Part shown: positions 8,121-17,982 of the stretch, piece after piece
Position numbering within the stretch: position 1 is the first letter of the stretch
How the letters are laid out: each line of letters begins with the position of its first letter
From: Candidatus Omnitrophota bacterium
GTDB taxonomy: Bacteria; Omnitrophota; Gorgyraeia; Zapsychrales; Zapsychraceae
Direction of reading: 5' to 3'
DNA: 64,000 nucleotides
Assembly (NCBI GenBank): GCA_018062515.1
Contig: JAGOSC010000005.1
Location: forward strand, 880-64,879
Notes under the pieces: model-generated
Database searches by the model: none
Seen by the model: the letters and a program-made list of their open reading frames with translations, nothing else
What the model was told of the DNA's origin: nothing
Program-made: the position numbers and the translations under genes

Positions 8121-9689
8121 ATGCAACGATTTATCATTTATGACACGACATTACGCGACGGCAGTCAAACCGAGGGTGTCAGTTATACGGTAAGCGACAA
8201 AATCAAGATCACCCACAAACTCGACGAGCTGGGCGTGCATTATATCGAAGGCGGTTGGCCGGGTTCTAATCCAAAGGACCAGGAATATTTCGCGCATTTT
8301 AAGGGCAAGAAATTAAAAAGCGCCGTTATTACCGCGTTTGGTTCGACTCGACGGGCTAAATCACCGACGGCAAAAGACGCGAATATCCGCGCACTCATTC
8401 AATCCGGAGCCAAGACCATTTGTATTTTCGGTAAATCGTGGGATTTGCATGTGACCGATGTCATCAAAACAACACTCGAAGAAAATCTAAGCATGATTTA
8501 TGATTCGGTTCAATATCTTAAAAAACAAAAGAAAGAAGTCTTCTACGACGCTGAACATTTTTTTGACGGGTTTAAAAATAATCCGGAATACGCGCTTAAG
8601 GCCGTCTTAACCGCCCAGAAAGCAGGGGCCGATTGTATTATTTTCTGCGATACCAATGGCGGAACCCTTCCAAGTGAAGTTTATAAAATCATCAGCGAAA
8701 TCAAACATCACTTTGATATCCCTTTGGGTATCCATTGCCATCATGATATGGAATTAGGTGTAGCGAATTCAATTGCAGCCGTCGAGGCTGGATGTAAACA
8801 AATTCAAGGAACATTTAATGGTTTAGGCGAACGTTGTGGAAACGCGAATCTTGCGACAATCATCGGCATTTTGCAAACAAAAATGAAATTCGAATGTTTA
8901 CCCAAAGCTAATTTAAACAAGTTAATGGACACTTGTTATTTTATCAGTGAAATCTCGAACAATCTTATTCCGAACAATGCCGCGTTTGTCGGTCATTCAG
9001 CATTCGCGCATAAAGGTGGCGTGCATATTGATGCCATGATGAAAAATCCGCTCGCGTATGAGCATATTGATCCTAAGCTCGTTGGAAATCACAGCCGATT
9101 TATCACATCGGAACTCGCCGGAAAAATGCCGATTGTTAAAAAAGCTGAACAGATGAATGTTGTACTCGATAAAAAGTCCCCTCAAACGAAAAAATTGATG
9201 AAACAACTGCAAGATAAAGAACACAGTGGTTATCAATTTGAAGCGGCGGATGCATCTTTTGAACTGTTTTTGAAACGCCAATTGAAAAAATATAAACCAT
9301 TTTTTATCCTCGAAGGTTTCCGAACCTATTCTGAAAAACGTCAGGATGGACGAGTGTTTGCGGAAGCGACTGTACGCTTAAGTGTTGACGGTCAGGAAAA
9401 GTACGCGGCCGTTGAAGGCGATGGCCCCGTCGACGCATTGGATAAGGCTTTACGGCAAGCATTAAATCCTTTTTATCCCAAGCTCCAGGAAATGCGTTTG
9501 TCTGATTATAAAGTCCGGGTGTTAGATACTAAAGAAGGAACGGGCGCTAAGGTGCGGGTCTTAATCGAAACACATGATGAACATGATTCTTGGACCACCG
9601 TCGGAGTTCATGAAAATATCATTGAAGCCTCGTGGGAAGCCTTAACCGATGCAATCGAATATAAATTATTAAAAGACCAAAAGAAATAG
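8121..9689 (+). CDS. cimA: (R)-citramalate synthase (LeuA/CimA family, Geobacter-type)
   Basis: YDTTLRDGSQ...IEGGWPGSNPKD...AFGSTRRAK...YDAEHFFDG...GIHCHHDMELGVANS...AFAHKGGVHIDA plus a LeuA-dimer-like C-terminus (VRVLIETHDEHDSWTTVGVHENIIEASWEAL). Co-linear with TIGR00977-type citramalate synthases as I recall them. SD GGAGG. Confidence 0.85.
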   Translation: MQRFIIYDTTLRDGSQTEGVSYTVSDKIKITHKLDELGVHYIEGGWPGSNPKDQEYFAHFKGKKLKSAVITAFGSTRRAKSPTAKDANIRALIQSGAKTICIFGKSWDLHVTDVIKTTLEENLSMIYDSVQYLKKQKKEVFYDAEHFFDGFKNNPEYALKAVLTAQKAGADCIIFCDTNGGTLPSEVYKIISEIKHHFDIPLGIHCHHDMELGVANSIAAVEAGCKQIQGTFNGLGERCGNANLATIIGILQTKMKFECLPKANLNKLMDTCYFISEISNNLIPNNAAFVGHSAFAHKGGVHIDAMMKNPLAYEHIDPKLVGNHSRFITSELAGKMPIVKKAEQMNVVLDKKSPQTKKLMKQLQDKEHSGYQFEAADASFELFLKRQLKKYKPFFILEGFRTYSEKRQDGRVFAEATVRLSVDGQEKYAAVEGDGPVDALDKALRQALNPFYPKLQEMRLSDYKVRVLDTKEGTGAKVRVLIETHDEHDSWTTVGVHENIIEASWEALTDAIEYKLLKDQKK

Positions 9690-9697
9690 AAAAATAA

Positions 9698-9795
9698 CTA
9701 AGTGGTAAGTGGTAAGTGGTAGGTGATAAGTGATATGAAATTTTACTAACCACTCACTGATGACTTACCACATATCACTTACCACTTATCACTCT
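9698..9795. repeat. heptamer-built imperfect inverted repeat (GTGGTAA-type)
   Basis: AAGTGGTAAGTGGTAAGTGGTAGGTGATAAGTGATATG ... ACTTACCACATATCACTTACCACTTATCACT between cimA and valS. It overlaps the ORF-table start of valS (9760). Confidence 0.6.
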
Positions 9796-9798
9796 AAT

Positions 9799-12408
9799 AT
9801 GGAACTAGATAAACGTTTTGATTTTAAAACTGTTGATGCCAAGTGGACGGCTTACTGGGAAAAGAATAATTGTTTTCACGCCACACCCAGCGATAAGAAG
9901 CCTTATGTCATCACCATCCCGCCCCCGAATGTTACCGGTATTCTTCACATGGGACACGCACTCAATAATACTTTGCAAGACATTCTCATCCGTTACAAAC
10001 GCATGCAAGGTTTTGAAACCTGCTGGATGCCGGGAACGGACCATGCTGGGATCGCCACGCAAAACGTCGTCGAGAAACAGTTAGCCAAAGAAGGGACTAA
10101 CCGTCATGCGGTCGGGCGGGAAAAACTTCTGCAACGCTTGTGGGAATGGAAACAGCAGTATGGGGACACCATCATCAATCAACTTAAAGCTATTGGCGCG
10201 TCCTGCGATTGGCCCCGCGCCGCCTTCACGATGGATGAACAATACAGCGAAGCCGTTAAAAAAGTTTTTATTGAGCTTTACAAAAAAGATCTCATTTATC
10301 AAGGCGAGCGAATTATCAATTGGTGCCCGCGTTGCCGCACCGCTTTATCTGATGAAGAAAGCGAACACGAAGAAAAACAGGGCACGTTAACGCATATCAA
10401 ATATCCGCTTAAAGATGATCCAAATCAATTTATTACGGTAGCGACCACCCGTCCTGAAACCATGTTAGGAGATACCGCCGTCGCTGTTCATCCGAATGAT
10501 GAACGCTACAAAAACCTTCATGGTAAAACACTTATTTTACCTATATTACGTCGAGAAATTCCTATTATTACCGATGAATTCGTGGATCCGACATTCGGCA
10601 GCGGAGCTGTCAAAGTAACGCCAGCGCATGATCCCAATGACTTTGATATGGGACGTCGCCATAATCTTAAATTTATCCGTGTCATGAATGAAGATGGAAC
10701 AATGAATGAACAAGCCGGCCCTTTTGCTGGTCAAGACCGTTTTGTCGCCCGCAAAGGTGTCCTCGAAGCTCTTAAAAATGAAGGCGTGTTTGTGAAACAA
10801 GAAGACCACACACATTCAGTCGGGCATTGTTATCGATGTCACTCAATCGTTGAACCTTATTTATCCAAACAATGGTTTGTCCGTATGGAACCGTTGGCTC
10901 GTCCAGCCATTGAAGCTGTCCGTTCCGGAGAAATAAAATTTCATCCCGCGCGTTGGGAAAAAGTCTACATGAACTGGATGGAAAATATCCGGGACTGGTG
11001 TATTTCTCGTCAGATTTGGTGGGGCCATCGCATTCCAGTTTGGTACGATGAACAAGGCAATCCTTATGCGGCGAATAATGAAGAAGAAGCGATCAAACTT
11101 TCCGGAAAGAAAAATTTACGCCAAGATGAAGATGTTCTCGATACCTGGTTCTCGTCGTGGTTATGGCCATTTGCCACGTTTGGTTATCCCAACAAAAATA
11201 AAGATTTGGAATTTTTTTATCCAGGCGATGCGCTTTTTACCGCCTCAGAAATTATCTTTTTTTGGGTGGCGCGTATGATCATGGCCGGATATGAATTCAT
11301 GGGCGATTTACCATTTAAAGACGTTTTCATTCATGGAACCGTGCGCGATGCACAAGGTCGTAAAATGAGCAAATCGCTAGGCAATGCCATTGATCCTCTG
11401 GAAATCGTCGACGAATATGGCGCCGATGCTTTAAGATTTTCTTTGATTCATAATTCCGGGCAAGACTTGTATATATCCAAAGATAATTTTGAGGTAGGAC
11501 GAAACTTTGCGAATAAAATTTGGAATGCTTCACGCCTTATATTAATGAATGTAGAATCCCGCGAATCCAAAAACACGAGTTCACTTGTTCCTATCGATGG
11601 AGATTTGGCCAGCAAGTGGATCGTTTCCCGGTTTTATTCAACATTAAAAAATGTGGAGGAAGCCATCGAGAATTTTCGTTATTCCGAGGCTGAACATTTG
11701 ATTTATGAATTCTTCTGGACGAATTTATGTGATTGGTATTTCGAAATTATTAAAAGTCAAAATCGATGGAATGAACCAGCTGTACAAAGATTGGTAGTAC
11801 AAATTCTCGAAGAATCCTTAAAGATGATGCATCCGTTTATTCCCTTTGTCACCGAGGAGATTTGGGAACATTTAAACAAAGAAAAAGGGCCACTATGCCT
11901 TCAAGATTGGCCTAAAGTTAATCAACAATTCATCAATGCTGAAATTGAGTCAGACATGCAGCAATATATCATGAACACGACTATTGCTATACGTGATATC
12001 CGAGCCACGCGGAATATTCCTCTCAAAAAAAATATACCCGTTAGCTATGATGGAGAGACCGAAGACATTGAACGTTTTCTGAAAAACCAAGATATTGTCA
12101 CATCCCTTACAAACTCTACAGTAAGTCTGGGACGAATAGTAACGGTTAACTGTGCTACTGCAATCGTCGGTAAAATCACATTGACCGTTCCCTTGGAAAA
12201 TCTTATCGACAATGAGGCCGAAAAAAATCGCATCCAAAAACAAATGGACACAGCGACAAAAAGTTATGATTCGTTGAAAAACCGACTCTCCAATGAAAGC
12301 TTTCTCGCTAAAGCCCCCGAAGATGTAGTCAAGAAAGAACAAGAGCGCTTAAAGACGTTAGAACATGAAATTACTGAATTTCAAAACGTTTTAAAAAACT
12401 TGAAATAG
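9799..12408 (+). CDS. valS: valine--tRNA ligase
   Basis: Class I motifs HMGH (PPPNVTGILHMGHA) and KMSKS. CP1 editing domain present. C-terminal coiled coil. The ATG at 9799 (MELDKRFDF...) is preferred over the in-frame 9760, which lies inside the palindrome. Confidence 0.93.
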   Translation: MELDKRFDFKTVDAKWTAYWEKNNCFHATPSDKKPYVITIPPPNVTGILHMGHALNNTLQDILIRYKRMQGFETCWMPGTDHAGIATQNVVEKQLAKEGTNRHAVGREKLLQRLWEWKQQYGDTIINQLKAIGASCDWPRAAFTMDEQYSEAVKKVFIELYKKDLIYQGERIINWCPRCRTALSDEESEHEEKQGTLTHIKYPLKDDPNQFITVATTRPETMLGDTAVAVHPNDERYKNLHGKTLILPILRREIPIITDEFVDPTFGSGAVKVTPAHDPNDFDMGRRHNLKFIRVMNEDGTMNEQAGPFAGQDRFVARKGVLEALKNEGVFVKQEDHTHSVGHCYRCHSIVEPYLSKQWFVRMEPLARPAIEAVRSGEIKFHPARWEKVYMNWMENIRDWCISRQIWWGHRIPVWYDEQGNPYAANNEEEAIKLSGKKNLRQDEDVLDTWFSSWLWPFATFGYPNKNKDLEFFYPGDALFTASEIIFFWVARMIMAGYEFMGDLPFKDVFIHGTVRDAQGRKMSKSLGNAIDPLEIVDEYGADALRFSLIHNSGQDLYISKDNFEVGRNFANKIWNASRLILMNVESRESKNTSSLVPIDGDLASKWIVSRFYSTLKNVEEAIENFRYSEAEHLIYEFFWTNLCDWYFEIIKSQNRWNEPAVQRLVVQILEESLKMMHPFIPFVTEEIWEHLNKEKGPLCLQDWPKVNQQFINAEIESDMQQYIMNTTIAIRDIRATRNIPLKKNIPVSYDGETEDIERFLKNQDIVTSLTNSTVSLGRIVTVNCATAIVGKITLTVPLENLIDNEAEKNRIQKQMDTATKSYDSLKNRLSNESFLAKAPEDVVKKEQERLKTLEHEITEFQNVLKNLK

Positions 12409-12413
12409 TCTCT

Positions 12414-13196
12414 ATGGAATACTTGATCGTATGCTTAGCATCACTCCTCGCCTCGGGATTAACATTATTTTCCGGGTTTGGTTTAGGGACTATTCTTACG
12501 CCGGTATTCGCCATATTCTTTCCCGTTCCCGTCGCTATTGCCGCCACCGCCGTTGTCCATTTAGCCAATAATATTTTTAAATTATTTTTAGTCGGCCAGA
12601 ACTCAAATAAAAAAATCCTAATCCGTTTTGGCATACCCGCCGTCGTTGCCGCCTTTTTGGGGGCATTTCTTCTCAAGTATGTGAGCGCTTTTCCTGTTCT
12701 TTGGTCTTATTCCATAGCTGAACACAGACATGAAATTACGCTCGTTAAATTAATCATTGGATTTGTTATTATTCTTTTTTCTGCCCTTGAACTTAACCCG
12801 CATTTCCAAAAAAAATCGATCGACGAAAAGTATATGCCGATCGGCGGAATATTATCCGGTTTCTTTGGCGGCCTGTCTGGTCATCAAGGCGCGCTAAGAT
12901 CTATGTTTTTAATTCGCGCCGGGCTTAGCAAAGAAGAGTTTATTGGGACCAACGTGGCATTAGCCATCATGGTCGATATGGGAAGACTTATCGTCTATGG
13001 AATGGGGTTTTATTCCTCAAAATTTTTAGCGATGGACGATATAAAGGGCCTGGTGTTGGCTGCTACTTTTTTCGCCTTCATCGGCGCGTATATCGGAATG
13101 AAATTCTTTAAAAAGGTGACTTTAACTGTTATACAAAATCTCGTCGGAATTATGCTGATTTTTCTTGGGTTGGGATTAAGCACTGGCCTGTTATAA
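12414..13196 (+). CDS. TSUP (TauE/SafE, DUF81) family membrane transporter
   Basis: Two 4-TM repeats with the GGLSGHQGALRSMFL-type motif. Confidence 0.75.
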   Translation: MEYLIVCLASLLASGLTLFSGFGLGTILTPVFAIFFPVPVAIAATAVVHLANNIFKLFLVGQNSNKKILIRFGIPAVVAAFLGAFLLKYVSAFPVLWSYSIAEHRHEITLVKLIIGFVIILFSALELNPHFQKKSIDEKYMPIGGILSGFFGGLSGHQGALRSMFLIRAGLSKEEFIGTNVALAIMVDMGRLIVYGMGFYSSKFLAMDDIKGLVLAATFFAFIGAYIGMKFFKKVTLTVIQNLVGIMLIFLGLGLSTGLL

Positions 13197-13208
13197 TAAA
13201 ACCCGGAG

Positions 13209-13622
13209 GTGGTGATGATAAAACATTTTTTTATTCTGTCATTTTTATTTCTTTTTTCCTCAACAGCTCAGGCTGAACCACAAACCTATGGAGCATTTGA
13301 TCTACACCTTGAATCTTCTAAAAAAGCATTTGCCGTAGAGGAAAATTTAAATATCAAAATAGTTATCTCACACTCGTATCCAGCTGCCTTGCCAGGAACA
13401 TTTAAGGTCGAGCTTTTTCATGATGGAATTAAGTGGTCGGAAAATTTAATTAATCTCGAGGCCATTTTGCCCGGAGAAAATGATTTTACTCTTAAAGAAT
13501 TTAATATTCAGCCATTTAATCGCGACAATTCCAGCGTCGGAAACTGGCGCATCCGTATTTTTCCTATAACGGATGAAAAAAAAGCGCAAGAGATACGGAT
13601 AACCATTCATCCACAAAATTAA
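13209..13622 (+). CDS. hypothetical secreted protein
   Basis: Signal peptide MVMIKHFFILSFLFLFSSTAQA followed by a hydrophilic 110 aa. SD GGAGGTGG. Confidence 0.45.
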   Translation: MVMIKHFFILSFLFLFSSTAQAEPQTYGAFDLHLESSKKAFAVEENLNIKIVISHSYPAALPGTFKVELFHDGIKWSENLINLEAILPGENDFTLKEFNIQPFNRDNSSVGNWRIRIFPITDEKKAQEIRITIHPQN

Positions 13623-13646
13623 TTGTTTTTTAAAAATGATTTGCGT

Positions 13647-13720
13647 GCGGGTGTAATTCAGTGGCAGAATGTAAGCTTCCCAAGCTTAATACGACGGTTC
13701 GATTCCGTTCACCCGCTCCA
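13647..13720 (+). tRNA. tRNA-Gly (anticodon CCC)
   Basis: Acceptor GCGGGTG/CACCCGC. Anticodon stem TAAGC/GCTTA with loop UUCCCAA. T arm GACGG-TTCGATT-CCGTT. Discriminator U. CCA is encoded. Confidence 0.85.
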
Positions 13721-13751
13721 TTAACAAATGTAAATCAACCGAAGGAGAGAT

Positions 13752-14213
13752 ATGTATAATTTGACTTTATTCGTTCATTCATGGTTACGCTGGGTGATTG
13801 TTATTTTATTAATTCTTTTAGCGGTTAAGTCATGGAGAGGATGGCGGAGTAATAGCACGTATACGAAATCAGATAATATTCTTCGCTTAGTCACCGTTTT
13901 AGTTTTTGATCTGCAAGCTCTCGTGGGAATTTATCTGTATTTTTTTCTCAGTCCCGTCGTGAAAGCGGCTTTTGAACCGAACAGTCATTTCATGAAAGAT
14001 TCACAATTAAGATTTTATGCGGTCGAACATATATTTTTGATGACCATAGCTTTGGTTATTTTGCATGTCGGGAACTTCTTGTCTAAAAAGGCACTGCAAC
14101 CACAACAAAAATTCAAAAGGATGGCGATAACCATTGCCTTGATTTTAATTTCCGTTTTAATATCGATTCCATGGCCGGGCCTGCCATATGGACGTCCGTT
14201 ATTACGATTCTAA
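13752..14213 (+). CDS. hypothetical small membrane protein
   Basis: Four predicted hydrophobic helices. SD AAGGAGAG. Convergent 4-nt overlap with the minus-strand gene. Confidence 0.45.
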   Translation: MYNLTLFVHSWLRWVIVILLILLAVKSWRGWRSNSTYTKSDNILRLVTVLVFDLQALVGIYLYFFLSPVVKAAFEPNSHFMKDSQLRFYAVEHIFLMTIALVILHVGNFLSKKALQPQQKFKRMAITIALILISVLISIPWPGLPYGRPLLRF

Positions 14214-15388
14214 ACAAATTGAGCGGCGGCATGGCCTGACGACCAGGCCCATTGAAAATTATAACCTCCCAGATGGCCGGTCACATCCACCACTTCACCG
14301 ATAAAATAAAGACCTTTGACTTTATGCGATTCCATAGTCTTAGATGATAGTTCGTCGGTGTCAATACCACCGAGCGTTACTTCTGCTTTTGAATATCCTT
14401 CCGTCCCGGCTGGATAGATATCCCAACGATGTAAACGCTGCTCAATCTCGGTTAACTCTTTAACCGAATACTGATTCAATGGTTTATTATCTAAATACAA
14501 TTCACAAAAAACTTCAGTAAACCGCTTAGGAAGATGATTAGCGAGAAAATTTTTAAGAGTAATTCTTGATGAAGAGGATGATTTAAAAAGTTTATCTTTT
14601 TTATTAGGAAGAAGATCGACGAGAATGGGCTGGTTCTTATTCCAATAAGAGGAAATTTGCAGGACAGCCGGGCCGCTTAAACCACGGTGAGTAAAAAGTA
14701 AATTTTCTCTAAACCTTATTTCAGGCACGGAGACATCAGCGTCGAATGATAGGCCAGACAGTGCTGCGAAATGCGCTAAATCAGCTTTACTTAAAGTTAA
14801 AGGAACAAGGCCTGGTAGACGAGGGCGGAGCTTGATACCAAATTGATCCGCCAATTTATATCCAAAATCAGAAACACCCAAAGGGGGAATGGAAAGACCT
14901 CCGGTAGCAACGACGAGACTTTGACATAAAATACTTCCCTGATCCGTGTGAACTAAAAACTTATCCGTCTTAACAACTTCTTTAACACGTGTGTTTAATT
15001 GGATTTTAACCTTAACAGCCGCGCATTCTTTTAATAACATATCGATAATTTGCTGCGCGCTTTCATCACAAAAGAGTTGGCCAAGCTTTTTTTCATGAAA
15101 ACGGATATGATTTTTTTGTACGAGTTGAATAAAATCCTGCGGAGTATAACGAGAGAGGGCCGAACGAGCAAAATCTGAATTTCCGCTTAGATATTGTGCA
15201 GAACCGGCATAGACATTCGTAAAATTACAACGGCCGCCTCCGGAAATACGAATTTTTTTACCGACTTTGTCATTGTGTTCGAGAAGAAGAACCGATCGCC
15301 CGCGCTGCCCGGCTTGCATGGCACACATTAATCCAGCAGCACCAGCGCCGATAATCACGACATCATATTGTTTTTTTTGTTCAGACAT
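14210..15388 (-). CDS. HI0933/BaiN/YhiN-family FAD-dependent oxidoreductase
   Basis: YDVVIIGAGAAGLMCA dinucleotide-binding motif, ...ISGGGRCNFTN..., and a C-terminal GHLGGYNFQWAWSSG block typical of this flavoprotein family. Confidence 0.85.
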   Translation of the reverse strand: MSEQKKQYDVVIIGAGAAGLMCAMQAGQRGRSVLLLEHNDKVGKKIRISGGGRCNFTNVYAGSAQYLSGNSDFARSALSRYTPQDFIQLVQKNHIRFHEKKLGQLFCDESAQQIIDMLLKECAAVKVKIQLNTRVKEVVKTDKFLVHTDQGSILCQSLVVATGGLSIPPLGVSDFGYKLADQFGIKLRPRLPGLVPLTLSKADLAHFAALSGLSFDADVSVPEIRFRENLLFTHRGLSGPAVLQISSYWNKNQPILVDLLPNKKDKLFKSSSSSRITLKNFLANHLPKRFTEVFCELYLDNKPLNQYSVKELTEIEQRLHRWDIYPAGTEGYSKAEVTLGGIDTDELSSKTMESHKVKGLYFIGEVVDVTGHLGGYNFQWAWSSGHAAAQFV

Positions 15389-15566
15389 AATTATCCTAAT
15401 AACCCGCGCTCATTGTAATCATTCACCTCAAAAGATCAATAAAAAATTAGCACCAATTCCACCTAATAAAACATTTGATATGTTTATATAACAAAAATAA
15501 ACTTTGTAGTAAAATTTTTATATGTTGATTTTATTTAATTAATTATTATTTTATTTTTCGAAACTT

Positions 15567-17228
15567 ATGACCGTTCATTATAAACCTTCGATCATTTTAC
15601 TCAGCATTATTGTCCTGGCCGCTTTTGCCATCCGGATCTCCTATCTAAACGCACTCAAAACCCATCCGCTCCCGATTCTTGCCAATCACGCGGATGAATT
15701 TGACCAATCACGCTTTATGAATCTTGCTGATAAAATAAGCGCGGGAAAATGGGAAGAGGCAGGTAAATCATTTTTCTCACCCGTCTATTCGATCTTAATA
15801 AGTCTGATTTTTTATTTCTTTGGCCACGATTTTTATAATGTATTTCTTTTTCAAAGCATCATCGCTTGTCTATCGATCATTACGGTTTATAAAACCGCGG
15901 AATTAGTATACAACAATCCGAGGATAGGCATTATTGCCGCATTCCTCATGGCTTTCTACGGGCCACTGATTTATCATGACAGTAAAATTGAGCGAGGCGC
16001 TTTAATCGCTTATTTAAATCTAACAAGCTTTTATTTCCTGGTAAAATTTCTCCAATTTAAAAATAAAATTTTTTTAGTTCTTTCCGGATTTGTGACGGGA
16101 TTATCCTTCATTATGAGAGACAATTTTTTGCCTTTTGTGGTTTTACCGTATCTTTTTATTAACGTGGATAAAAATTTTAAGGATAGAATTCTTTCTTGCG
16201 TACTTTTTTTATCAATTTTAGCTATTCCGATCGGATCCTTAATTATATTGCAAAAAACCTCTGAAAATAAAGGGATATTCACGACTCAAGGTTCTTCAGT
16301 TTTTTGGATTGGAAATACTCCGGATGCGATGGGAATCGGCCTTTACCGGTCACCGATACGGGAAGTTTATGATCAAAAAACCGAAGGAAAAGCATTAAAA
16401 ACCATCGGTCTTTTTTTAAATGAAGTTGTACATAATCCTTCGGTCTATTCAAGATTATATTGGCGTAAAATTCAAATGTATTTCAATGGTTATGAAATTC
16501 CCGGCAATTTAAGCTTTGACCTTTTCCGTGAAGATATAAAAATACTTCGTATAGGATTTGTTACTTTTACTTTTATTTGCCCTTTAGCACTTATGGCGAT
16601 GTTGATTGGCTGGAAAAAATTTGCTTATCATCGGCTTTTGGTTCTGTTCACGTTCGTTTTAAGCATGTCGGTCATTGCTTTTCATATTCAGGGACGTTAC
16701 CGTATTCCTTCCATACCATTTTTTATTTTATTAGCTGCTTTTACGATTGAATGGTTTATTCAAAAACTCGGCAATAAACAAACACTGAAGCTTATAATTG
16801 GAAGCGTAGTGTTCCTTTTATTGTTTAATTTCTGTTCTCCCAATGAGAGGATTATAAAAACATACTTCGGGGATAAAGTACGTCCGCTTGATTACGTTAA
16901 TACCGCCATTGCCTATCATTATTTACTTTTAACATATCCAGAGCGGTATCCATCTTCCCAAAAAGCAATCATTTATCAAAAAGTGATTGAATATTTTTCG
17001 AAGGCAATCGAAAGCACCCCCGGTACAGCAAAAAACTTTCGAACGGATCTTTATATCAATAAAGGATTGTTTGAAAAGTTGACCGGCCAAGAAAATGCCG
17101 CCGAAAAATCTTTTCAGGAAGCCTTGAGCCTTAATAAAGGAAAAGAAGACACGATATGGACAAATATCAAGGAAAGATGGCGCGTGTTATCCATTAGCCC
17201 TCAAGACACACAATACGTATATTTTTAA
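15567..17228 (+). CDS. GT-C fold membrane glycosyltransferase-like protein (ArnT/PMT family 39-like)
   Basis: Polytopic protein with an acidic DEF motif in the first extracytoplasmic loop (HADEFDQSRF) and a C-terminal soluble TPR-like tail. Confidence 0.5.
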   Translation: MTVHYKPSIILLSIIVLAAFAIRISYLNALKTHPLPILANHADEFDQSRFMNLADKISAGKWEEAGKSFFSPVYSILISLIFYFFGHDFYNVFLFQSIIACLSIITVYKTAELVYNNPRIGIIAAFLMAFYGPLIYHDSKIERGALIAYLNLTSFYFLVKFLQFKNKIFLVLSGFVTGLSFIMRDNFLPFVVLPYLFINVDKNFKDRILSCVLFLSILAIPIGSLIILQKTSENKGIFTTQGSSVFWIGNTPDAMGIGLYRSPIREVYDQKTEGKALKTIGLFLNEVVHNPSVYSRLYWRKIQMYFNGYEIPGNLSFDLFREDIKILRIGFVTFTFICPLALMAMLIGWKKFAYHRLLVLFTFVLSMSVIAFHIQGRYRIPSIPFFILLAAFTIEWFIQKLGNKQTLKLIIGSVVFLLLFNFCSPNERIIKTYFGDKVRPLDYVNTAIAYHYLLLTYPERYPSSQKAIIYQKVIEYFSKAIESTPGTAKNFRTDLYINKGLFEKLTGQENAAEKSFQEALSLNKGKEDTIWTNIKERWRVLSISPQDTQYVYF

Positions 17229-17355
17229 TAGAAAGATATGCCTACATATATAGGAAATTTTTAATACACATAAAAAATCAATGGAATAACCACCCCGGAT
17301 ATGTTGTAATGAAATTTAGTATTTCGAAACCTCCTCATAAAACGGCATATTCAAC

Positions 17356-17835
17356 ATGACAAATCTGTTCGACTTTATTCAATCAACCCTGTATGGAATT
17401 TTTCCACATCCGGATATTACCGGTTTTTATGGAAACAGCCATGTTATTTACTTTGTAATTTACACACAGATCGTTTTACTTACTTTACTCATCAGTTTCT
17501 TTAAACCCTTACAAAAATATTTTGATCCATTTTTAATCTGCTTCTATCACGGCTGGAGAAACTATTTCTTTTCCCTTTTTATTTTCTTTTTTCTTCTGAT
17601 TTCTTTTACTCAGATCAGCATGCATGTTCGGTATTTTTCAAACCGCTATACCCGCCTGGTCAGTTTTGGCCCAGGCTATTTTAATAATTCCACACGCATC
17701 AAAAATTTTGCAAATGGATGTCAGCAATTTTTTGGGAAAGAACGCTTAAAAGGAAAGCTGATCACTGATTTAGACATAACGGATGATCCCGGTATGATTA
17801 TGCATAAGAATTTGCGTACCAAGCTTACCCGGTGA
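17356..17835 (+). CDS. hypothetical protein (weak)
   Basis: ORF only. Low-complexity hydrophobic sequence with no recognisable motif. Confidence 0.25.
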   Translation: MTNLFDFIQSTLYGIFPHPDITGFYGNSHVIYFVIYTQIVLLTLLISFFKPLQKYFDPFLICFYHGWRNYFFSLFIFFFLLISFTQISMHVRYFSNRYTRLVSFGPGYFNNSTRIKNFANGCQQFFGKERLKGKLITDLDITDDPGMIMHKNLRTKLTR

Positions 17836-17982
17836 TCAATATTCGTGCGCACAATCGGCAGGAACAACCGGATTGCCTCGTCTATTTTTATAAGCTTAAT
17901 GCCCAACAATTCATTCCAGATGGATACGAAATTAAGTATAAATTTGATGAAATAAACATGATCGCGATGAAAAAAGAATCCA

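Noticed and set aside
9760-9798. ORF-table start of valS at 9760 (MTYHISLTTYHSN...)
   Set aside because: These 13 codons lie inside the GTGGTAA-type palindrome and have no similarity to ValRS N-termini. The conserved N-terminus begins at the ATG at 9799.
9690-9798. T-box riboswitch leader upstream of valS
   Set aside because: The leader is only ~109 nt, and lacks the T-box consensus and specifier-loop architecture. It is explained by the heptad hairpin.
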